A stretch of DNA of 26,250 nt from a virus (lineage: Duplodnaviria; Caudoviricetes): positions 1 through 26,250 of the IMG/VR virus record IMGVR_UViG_3300037423_002154, one strand, 5' to 3'. The notes under the pieces were generated by a model that was not told where the DNA came from, made no database searches, and saw nothing but the letters and a program-made list of their open reading frames with translations. Each line of letters starts with the position of its first letter. The stretch's first letter is position 1. The position numbers were made by a program, and so were the translations under genes. This document shows, one piece after another, positions 16,201 to 23,200 of this stretch.

Positions 16201-16793
16201 CCGCTGGTCCAGCCGCTGTAGTAGCCGGCGATGGTGCTGGCGTCAGAAGTTGAGCCGTCGCCGTAAGCGCTGCGAACAGCCGTGAGGTTGCTGATGGCCG
16301 TCATGCCGGCCGTATCGGTCGCAGACAGCATGCCCGTGCCGCCGGCGACCACCCAGGAGCCCGCCACCGTGGGGGTCACCGATGGCGGGTTCACCGCCCC
16401 ACCGTTGAAGCCGCTGGTGGAGGTGGCCGTCACCGAGCTCACGTCGCGGAACACCAGCACCACCGTGGCGCCGCCATAGGTGGTGGTGTTGGTCCGCCCG
16501 ATGGTCAGCGTGGTGTCGGGCGTGGCGCCGGCAAACTGGTAGAACGTGCAGAACTCGGTGTCCCACGTGTCGTTCGAGTGGATCGCCGTGTGGGCCGCGA
16601 CGTAGGCGCCCGAGGTGTTACCCGAGCAAGTCGGTGCGGAAGATGCGGTGTTGCCGTGACCGGCGTAGACGACGATCAGGTCACCGGCCGCCGGCGATGA
16701 AGCCAAGCCGCCGGTGAGGGCGCCATTCAGGGAGACGGAGTAGCTGGCGCCAGTGCCGGTGCCAGTGGTGCCACCGACGTACTGGATTGCCAC
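13293..16793 (-). CDS. Large phage fibre/virion-accessory protein: N-terminal beta domain, lectin-like module, about 31 tandem repeats
   Basis: 1166 aa, Ala/Gly/Ser/Thr-rich; repeat G-x-L-x-A-x-E-x(2-4)-D-[TS]-F-x-A-T-G-x-V; sits between tailspike and holin; no signal peptide. Confidence 0.75.
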   Translation of the reverse strand: MAIQYVGGTTGTGTGASYSVSLNGALTGGLASSPAAGDLIVVYAGHGNTASSAPTCSGNTSGAYVAAHTAIHSNDTWDTEFCTFYQFAGATPDTTLTIGRTNTTTYGGATVVLVFRDVSSVTATSTSGFNGGAVNPPSVTPTVAGSWVVAGGTGMLSATDTAGMTAISNLTAVRSAYGDGSTSDASTIAGYYSGWTSGAFDPAAATGGNLANTSSSWAASTLVLAPLNPSISTVTENFQGTRDTNKWYTDEPTGSTVTFTGGELVLTPAQTNGFGAILYSGAPGGFFDLDATGAYVKLTQRLTTANKAVGGYVEYDIFDNNDTTTYVGFQVSTAGVLKAITYKANVQTQSVTISSTWDTDNTPWLKITLSGGTVTWWTAPDSGSGTPGTWTSRNTNSTLPAQFHLAKLWYQTWNDDWTTTGALVGAAKFDGVNTAANSVGGGAVAGDLTAAESGADTHVSTGTVLVSGSLAPTEASTPDTFASTGAVKVTGALAATEDSAADTLAATGAVKVAGAQAVSETGSDTAAATGAVAVSGAFATAESGADTSQITGAVAVAGSLATTEAGDDTFAAGGGSPIAGSLGATEADTDTFGATGTAWYEGAMAASEPVGQDAFVSTGTLPIAGALVVTEPASDSLATTGTVAIAGSLAPTETGSDSLSSTAAVAVAGSLGVSETGDDAWATTGAVAVAGVLSGTETSPDTISAPGTVAVQGSTALVEAATDTATISGAVAVAGSSDLVETADAFAASGGPATAAAMNALESGADVYDALLDQSGNPVTDQNGNPIHSAVTGNVLVSGTLSPTEDADTFGAAGSLSRAGSVAIVESTSDTFTGAATVLVWGNLTTSESQQDSFAATGVLASQGSMTAAETGGDSLSAPGKVAIAGAAAATEASTKDSFSCTGIVFIAGAASAFEAADTFAATGRVPAVGSLSAGEAAISDSFGSTGSVWFEGAMAAAEAATLDSFEAFGVRELLSSLQAVETDSDSFAAAGVVPIRGAFSASEAADTFFCTGNFPSEGAMGAVESAGIDTVQISGRVAVRGAAAATEASDSDIFETTGGKVFMTGVMTATEQRDSFAADGSVWTEGFVTITEATRDSAQFTGSVLVLGASEALEQAIPDTFAGKGGPIVTGSLDCREEGADLFGLSEGYVTKSSVTPGFFFGSPF
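13340..15458 (-). repeat. About 31 degenerate protein-level tandem repeats of 21-23 aa
   Basis: Counted by hand from GDLTAAESGADT to GSLDCREEGADL; E...D pair present in every unit. Confidence 0.85.
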
Positions 16794-16823
16794 TTATGCG
16801 CTCACGAGGTCAGCGGTGTTGCA

Positions 16824-18545
16824 TTACGCGGTCGTGCCCCAGGTGGCGCCGCCGTCCTGGGTGAACCAGATACCCGCCCCGCTGCCCTTGGTCACTCGCA
16901 CGGTCTTGTCGGTGCTGGCGAAGTAGTCCGTGAGGCACTCGATGGTGGCGTAGCCGCTGGTGCCCCACGCGGGCGCGCCCGTGGCCGTGATGTTGCCGAT
17001 GTCCACCGTGAAGACGCAGCCAGGGCGCAACTTGTTGAAGTTGAAGGTGAAGCCGCCGGTGAAGTCACGGTATCCCGTGTTGTTGCGGAACATGAAGGTG
17101 TCCACCTGCGTGATGAACCCGCCGCTCAGGTTGCTGAACGGTTGCGCCGCACTGGCGGCGCCAAGGGTGTTGCGCAGATCCGTGGCCTCCACGTCCAGTT
17201 TGGCTGACAGGTCGCCGGAGGTGTAGCTGGTGTATCCAATTCCGCGACAGAGCAGGGGGCCGGAGCAATCGCTCACCCGCACCACGGTCTTGCCGGTCGC
17301 AGCGACAACATCGGCTCCGTTGAACTCAACCAGGGCGCGTGTAATCGCCGTGGTGGCAAACGAGCCGATCGGAATAACGCGCAGGCCCTCCACCACCGTC
17401 TCGCTGAAGGCCGCGCCCGTGCCGCGAATCAGCAGGCAGTAGTTGGGGAGTCCCGCTTCCGTCCGCATGAACCCACCCACTGCGCGGGAGGACATGGGGG
17501 CGTTGGTCATCAGGTTCTGGAACGCGACGCAGGAGTGGCTGGCTCCGAGCGGGCTGACCCCGCTGTTCAGGCGGAACTCGAAGTCGGGCTCGACCAGCAG
17601 GTTGTTGCCGCCACGCTGGAAGTCGAACTCCGTGCACTGCGCGATGGCGACCGCGTTCTTGCGGTAGACGCGCGGGCGGATGATGGTAGTGTCGCTGCAC
17701 TGGCTCTTGAAGCTGCGACCCTGGCAGTCAATGAACACGGGCTGGTTGATCGTCACCTTGCCAGGGGTCAGGAGCGTCTCAACGCCTCCAGATTGTTTGG
17801 CGAAAGTAGCGATGCCGTCCGCGTCGGCCGCCGTGACGACAGGCAGCAGGATGTTCTCGACGTGCGGCTGGTTGATGATCACCTCGCCCGAGAAGTTGGC
17901 GATCGCGATGCCCTTGCAGCCGCCGCCCGTGGTGTTGGTGCGCGTCACGCCGACGACGGTCGGCTGCTGCATGATGATCTTGGCGTACTCGCCGTACACC
18001 AGGATACCCTGGTTCTCGTTGACCTGCGACGAGTTGTTCTGCTTGCAGTTCAGGATGGTGACGGGCGTAGAGATGTTGACCACACCCGTGGAGGTGGCTG
18101 CGCTGGTGCGGATGTAGATACCGTCACCGCACTTGTTGTTGCAGTCGATGCTCAGGATGCCACCCGTGATCGAGACACTGTGGGCGGCCGTGGAATAGCA
18201 CATCAACAGTGTGTCGAATGCCGTGGCGCTACCCGAGACATTGATCTGCACCAGGCCCTTGCACTGCAGGTGCAGGTTGACAGAAGCCAGCTGCGAGATG
18301 GTGGAGATGGGGCCGCTCACGAGGTAGGTGCCCTCGTCCAGCACCAGCGTTCTTCCAGACGCCATGGCGGCGTCAAACGCGGCCTTCAGCGCAGTGGTGT
18401 CGTCCGTGGTGCCGTCGCCCTTGGCGCCGTGGTCCTTGACGTTGATCGGAGGCGCGGTGCCGTGGCGCACGTTCCCGGAGGCGTCCAGGCCCGTGACGTG
18501 CTTCAGGGGCGAGAGGGGATAGTTCGTTGTGTTGAGCTGGGCCAT
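16824..18545 (-). CDS. Tailspike-like beta-helix polysaccharide depolymerase (pectate_lyase_3-type N-terminus)
   Basis: INVKDHGAKGDGTTDDTTALKAAF...GTYLVS motif, then beta-rich, Asn/Cys-containing sequence. Confidence 0.8.
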   Translation of the reverse strand: MAQLNTTNYPLSPLKHVTGLDASGNVRHGTAPPINVKDHGAKGDGTTDDTTALKAAFDAAMASGRTLVLDEGTYLVSGPISTISQLASVNLHLQCKGLVQINVSGSATAFDTLLMCYSTAAHSVSITGGILSIDCNNKCGDGIYIRTSAATSTGVVNISTPVTILNCKQNNSSQVNENQGILVYGEYAKIIMQQPTVVGVTRTNTTGGGCKGIAIANFSGEVIINQPHVENILLPVVTAADADGIATFAKQSGGVETLLTPGKVTINQPVFIDCQGRSFKSQCSDTTIIRPRVYRKNAVAIAQCTEFDFQRGGNNLLVEPDFEFRLNSGVSPLGASHSCVAFQNLMTNAPMSSRAVGGFMRTEAGLPNYCLLIRGTGAAFSETVVEGLRVIPIGSFATTAITRALVEFNGADVVAATGKTVVRVSDCSGPLLCRGIGYTSYTSGDLSAKLDVEATDLRNTLGAASAAQPFSNLSGGFITQVDTFMFRNNTGYRDFTGGFTFNFNKLRPGCVFTVDIGNITATGAPAWGTSGYATIECLTDYFASTDKTVRVTKGSGAGIWFTQDGGATWGTTA

Positions 18546-18600
18546 GGTCCGGGTGCGCGAAGAAAGTCAGGACAGGGCCGACAGGGCCGTTCGCCTTTGT

Positions 18601-18618
18601 GCGGTCACCGGTGACTTA
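18601..18618. promoter_or_regulatory. Operator copy (GCGGTCA-CCGG-TGACTTA)
   Basis: Intergenic, upstream of the tailspike gene; one perfect half-site and a perfect core. Confidence 0.65.
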
Positions 18619-18643
18619 CCATAAGCCACCGACTAACCCTGCA

Positions 18644-19015
18644 TCACGCGTGCGTGATCGTGGCGCTGTTGAGCGTGACGTTCTGCCCGGACGTGATGTT
18701 GGTCGAGTCCAGGTTGATGTCCGAGCCGCTGGTGCCCACCGTCAGGCCCGTGACGATGTCGGTGCCGGAGGTGGCCGTGCGGATGCGCGCGGCAGCCGCG
18801 GTGCCCGAGGCGGAAGCCGCCACGGTCTTGGGGAAGCCCGAGAAGGTCAGCACGCCACCCGAGGCAGCAGCGGCAGCCGGGTTGTTCAAGGAGAACGACG
18901 CCAGGATCGCGGCCATGCCGGAGGTGCCGATCTCCAGCACGCCCGTGGTGCCGATGGCCGTCTTCACCGCATCGAGGCGGGAGTTCTTGACGGCGGTGGT
19001 GTAAGTGACTGCCAT
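18644..19015 (-). CDS. Small mostly-beta phage structural protein (candidate fibre subunit)
   Basis: AAGGA RBS; 123 aa, Ala/Thr/Ser/Gly-rich; ending (GTSGSDINLDSTNITSGQNVTLNSATIT) resembles small virion proteins. Confidence 0.75.
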   Translation of the reverse strand: MAVTYTTAVKNSRLDAVKTAIGTTGVLEIGTSGMAAILASFSLNNPAAAAASGGVLTFSGFPKTVAASASGTAAAARIRTATSGTDIVTGLTVGTSGSDINLDSTNITSGQNVTLNSATITHA

Positions 19016-19042
19016 GATGGTCCTTGGTTGGAAATCGCGAGA

Positions 19043-19060
19043 TACATCAGCGGTGACTTA
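19043..19060. promoter_or_regulatory. Operator copy (TACATCA-GCGG-TGACTTA)
   Basis: Intergenic, about 28 bp upstream of ATG 19015; one perfect half-site. Confidence 0.6.
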
Positions 19061-19077
19061 CTCGCAGGGTTGAGAAA

Positions 19078-19581
19078 TCAAAGCGCCCCGACCTTCGCCA
19101 GGGATTGGGTGAATTGGTTGCCGTCCCAGTACAGGCTCAGGATCGACTCGCCGAACGGATCCTTGTGCACCTCGGGCACGACGTTGGTGTTGAGCCACCG
19201 GCCGGGCAGCAGGCCCTGCCAGATGGCGCGGTAACCGCCCACGCTGTTTTGCACCAGGCGCAGCTGGTAGTGCCCCACCGGCGCGCCGGCCCCTACGAGC
19301 TCGACCACGCACTGCTCGGTGATGCGCAGCTTCTGCTTTTGCGCCCTGGCCAGCAGGACCTGCGCATAGCTGTTGCTGTCGCCGTTGTCGTACTCGCCAT
19401 GAAAGCCGACCACCTTGGCGTCGACGATGGCGTGGTTGTCCATGTCCAGGTCGCCCGAGCCGAACGCGGGACCGGGAGGTCCCTGGCGACCCTGCTCCAG
19501 GATCTGGTGCTCGACCTCGGTGCGAACGAGCGTTTGCTCGCCATCGCCGACGACAAGGTATTCGACGGCGACCTCAGACAC
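19078..19581 (-). CDS. Phage fibre-associated hypothetical protein
   Basis: GGAGG RBS; short collagen-like GRQGPPGP; C-terminal domain resembles the N-terminal domain of the 1989-aa protein. Confidence 0.7.
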   Translation of the reverse strand: MSEVAVEYLVVGDGEQTLVRTEVEHQILEQGRQGPPGPAFGSGDLDMDNHAIVDAKVVGFHGEYDNGDSNSYAQVLLARAQKQKLRITEQCVVELVGAGAPVGHYQLRLVQNSVGGYRAIWQGLLPGRWLNTNVVPEVHKDPFGESILSLYWDGNQFTQSLAKVGAL

Positions 19582-19930
19582 TGTGCGAGACCTCCGCGAC
19601 GCCTTCGAGCAGCCGGGTGACGCTGCCGTCGGGGTGACGCACGTAGACTTGGTAGGCCGCCTTGTCCCAGGCGAAGGTTTGGGTCACCGTGTCGGGCACG
19701 ATGAGCGTGATGGTCCCGTCCAGGTCACCGAGCTCGATGCGGCCGTCCTCGGTCGTGAGCTCCAGCACCTGATCGCGCTTGACGCTGGGCGGGTCGGTGA
19801 CGCGAAAGCGCGCCCATGCCGTGCAACCGGTGAGGTTGACGGGCATTGCGGGCTTGCCAGCTTTCCAGGTGAAGGTCTCCCGGTAGGTGGCGCCCTGCTC
19901 GAATTCCAGATCCAGGACGAAGGCTTTCAC
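19574..19930 (-). CDS. BppU-N-like Ig-fold tail/baseplate accessory protein
   Basis: EQGATYRETFTW...PVNLTGCTA...LTTEDGRI...GTITL...AAYQV...RLLEG pattern typical of phage adaptor Ig domains. Confidence 0.7.
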   Translation of the reverse strand: MKAFVLDLEFEQGATYRETFTWKAGKPAMPVNLTGCTAWARFRVTDPPSVKRDQVLELTTEDGRIELGDLDGTITLIVPDTVTQTFAWDKAAYQVYVRHPDGSVTRLLEGVAEVSHSV

Positions 19931-19938
19931 AGCGGCTG

Positions 19939-19960
19939 AGTATAAGTCATTTGTGACTTA
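19939..19960 (-). promoter_or_regulatory. Perfect operator copy (TAAGTCA-TTTG-TGACTTA) overlapping a TATACT -10 box
   Basis: Motif at 19943-19960, -10 at 19939-19944. Confidence 0.8.
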
Positions 19961-19964
19961 CTGA

Positions 19965-20219
19965 TCAAGACAACTTCTGACGCTGCGCGGGCGGCGTCAG
20001 GCGCCTGGCCTGGTCGTGCGCGTAGGCTTGAGCGCAGTGCTGCTCCTGCCAGAAGAACAAGGCGTCGATGAAACTCACCCAGCGGCGCCCGCGCGCCTCG
20101 CCGGCGAGCTGCTTGCGGTAGGCATAGGCGCTCATCGTCTCGTCCGACCAGGCGCCCAGGCAGCTGCCGATCAGGCAGTCCAGGGCCAGCAGGATCTCGA
20201 ACCAGCGGCGGTATCTCAT
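19965..20219 (-). CDS. Conserved small phage protein of the type found after tail-fibre genes
   Basis: Start reassigned to ATG 20219 (TGATG overlap); D..L...DETMSAYAYR...FIDALFFW..HC..AY pattern. Confidence 0.75.
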   Translation of the reverse strand: MRYRRWFEILLALDCLIGSCLGAWSDETMSAYAYRKQLAGEARGRRWVSFIDALFFWQEQHCAQAYAHDQARRLTPPAQRQKLS

Positions 20220-23200
20220 CACGGATTCCACCAGTTGCCCGACGCCACGATCAGGGGCAGGAGGTTGAGCTCGGCGGTGTACGCCTCGGTTTCCTTGTAG
20301 TTGTTCACCATCGCCGCGAACAGCGTGTTGAGCCATCCCTGCAGGTTCGCGTCGCACATGGAGCCGACCATGTTGCAGCTGTTCATCGCCTGGTGAATCC
20401 AGCGCGAGCCGTTGGCTGCGCCGCTGAGCAGGTAGGTCGAAGCCGTGTTGAACGGGTTGCTGCCGGTCTCGTTCTTGATCCAGTTAGCGTTCTGGCGCGC
20501 GAACGTGCCCCAGGTGGCATCGCCCGAGTAGATGAAGTCCACGCCCCAGCGGAACGGGTTGCGCAGCGCGTTGTAGTCGTACTTGTCTTCCAGGCCGGTG
20601 CCGTCGACGCGGTTGACCGTGTCGGGCCGCGGGTTGGTGCCCGGGGTCATGATGAAGCCAGGTTGCAGCTTCGCCGTGGGCGAGTAGTTGGTGATGATCG
20701 TGTTGATCAGCGACGCCGAGCGGGTAATCGCGGTGTCCCAGAACGTGTCGCCCGTGGCCTTCTTGAACGCGCGGAAGTGCCCGATCATGTAGTCGGAGGT
20801 GCGCGAGGTGTTCTGCGGCATGAGCTGCTCGCCCGTGGCCGCGAAGTTCACCGCCTTGAGGGCCGCGATCGTGTTCTTGGCTTCCTGCAGGTAGTTCCAC
20901 GTGCCGGTCGAGCCCCACTGCCGGTGCGCCATGAGCAGCGCCATCGCGATGTCCAGGTCGCCGTCCGAGGCGTTGTAGCCGCCACCGCCCGATGCCAGGC
21001 TGGTGTCGAGCTTCCATTCCATCAGGTACGTGTTGGCACCCGCCGCGGAGCCCATGTTGTAGGCAGGGCGCAGGCGCGCCAGCTTGAACAGGCCGTCGAA
21101 GTAGGTGCGCGCGTTGGCGTCGTAGCCGGCCATGAGCACCGTGATCAGCATGGCGTAACCCATGCCTTCGGAGCGCGTGCCGTCGCCGTAGTCGTCGAAG
21201 TACGTGCCGGCGATGTAGGTGTTGCCCGACTTCAGACGCGCGCCCTTCCACGAGTTGTAGCAGGTGCGCACCATGTCATCCATCTGGGTGTTGGTGTAGC
21301 CCGTGGGCATGATGCCGTAGGGGTAGCGTCCACTGGTGGCGGCCAGGTCCAGGCGCGAGCCGAACGGATAGGCGGCCGTGCTGGAGGGCGCTGGTGCGGG
21401 AGCGGGCGCCACGGCCGCGCCGCTGCCGATCACGCGCTGCTTCATGGTCGAGCCCCAGACGTTGTTGCCCTGCAGGTTCGTGATGGCGTTCCAGCAGAAG
21501 GCGCCGCGCTGCGTGGGGTACTCGTTGACGCAGATGTCCCACTCGCGCGTGCAGTCCGACAGGCTCGGGCCGTTCGGGTAGTTGGCAGACAGGCCCAGCA
21601 CCACCTTGTCGGCGCCCAGGCGCGCCACCCAATCGCGGTTGCGCGTGGAGATGAACCCAGGCAGGTTGTAGGCTGACCAGTCGTAGTACTGCGGCGCGCA
21701 GAACGTGAGCACGCCGGCGTCCTTCAAGGCCCCCATCAGGTTCAGGTCCGACGGGTCGCTGCCGGCGTAGCCCGCCGCCGAGCCGCCGCCCGTGTTGTTG
21801 CCGCCTGGCGGCGCGGTGATGGCGAAGTCGACGCCGTAGAAACCCTTGAGCTGCTGAGCGATCCACACCAGCTCCGTGGGGCTGGTGCCGGTGGTGCCTT
21901 CGAAGGTGTTGAAGTCCACCCCGTCCAGGCCGCCGAAGTAGCTGACCATCGTCTTGATGGAGTTGACGCAGTTCTGGCTTTGGGTGCGGGTCGAGAACGG
22001 GAACGCAAAGCCCGAGCCACCGAGCGTCAGGATCACCTTTTGGCCGCGGTTGCGGCAAGTCTGCACGCGCGCCGGGCTCACGTGCTCCCAGCCGGCGGGC
22101 CAGGAGAACGAGCCGTCGTTGGCGGCCGTGGGGCGCGCGTTGAACAGGAAGATGACGTTGAAGTCCAACGGCACCTGATCGATCATGTAGGTGGTGTCCC
22201 AGCCCGTGTAGTAGCAGCCCACCACCTTGGACGGGAAGCTCGAAGACGAGGAAGGTGCCGGCGCCGGAGCCGGGGCAGGCGCCGGAGCGCTCGTTCCCGG
22301 AGCGATGAGCGTCTGGCCCACCCGGTAGTTGAACACCTCGATGTCGGCGGTGCCCCAAACCATCTCGACGCCCAGCTCGGCGCTCATCATGTACTTGGTG
22401 CCGGCGATCCACGGCACACCACGCTCGTCCTTTTGCTGGCGGCAGTAGTCCAGGATGCCGGCGAAGTCCACCTTCACCAGGCCCGTGGAGTCGGTCTGGA
22501 TCGGCATGCTGGGAACGAAGCAGATGAACTTCCAACCCCTGCGCGGCTGGCCGGTCTCCTCGTTGATGTAGCTGCCGTCGATGCCGTCCCACATGAAGTT
22601 GTACTGCAGGCCGGGATACGAGCCGCTGCCACGCACGCCGGTGATCGGGTTGGTGGTGAGGTTCTTGGCAACGTAGACGTGGTAACGCACGCCGCCGATC
22701 ACGACGTCGCCGTGATACCAGGCGGGATTTCTGCTCCAGGGCTGGGTGTTGACCAGGTGGCTGGTGCCGTAGTTTCCCCAGTTGCAGATGGGGATCATGA
22801 TCTCGTGCGTGATCGGCGACTTGGCAAAGCCGGCGATCTGGTTGGGCGTCTGGTCCTGCAGCCAGATGTCATAGGACAGGTGCCCGACGCCCGTGGGTGC
22901 AGCCAGGTGCTTCCACATGAAGCTGGCCAGCAGGCCGTCGGTGATCGGCACCACCTTGGGCAGCAACGAACCCGGGGTCTTGCCCGAGGGCTTGATCAGG
23001 CCCACCGAGCCGCCCAGGGCCTGCCACTGGCTCGAGATGTTGGTCGGCGTGCCCGCCGGCGCCGTGGGCACCGAAGCTCCATCGGGCAGGCGCACGGCGA
23101 AGTCCCACGCGGGCCAGATGTCGTCGCCCAGGTAGCCAGGCTTGGCTCCGTAGATCAGGGAAGGATAGCCCTTGACCTCGGGGTAGCCGGTGTTCGGGTC

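Noticed and set aside
13188-16253. 1021-aa plus-strand ORF
   Set aside because: Antisense shadow of the repeat protein; Arg/Gly-rich with no motifs, as expected from high-GC codon bias.
16806-16823. Further operator copy GAGGTCA-GCGG-TGTTGCA
   Set aside because: Too many mismatches in both half-sites, although it is intergenic.
18571-18588. GACAGGGCC tandem duplication
   Set aside because: Two copies of 9 bp only; no supportable function.
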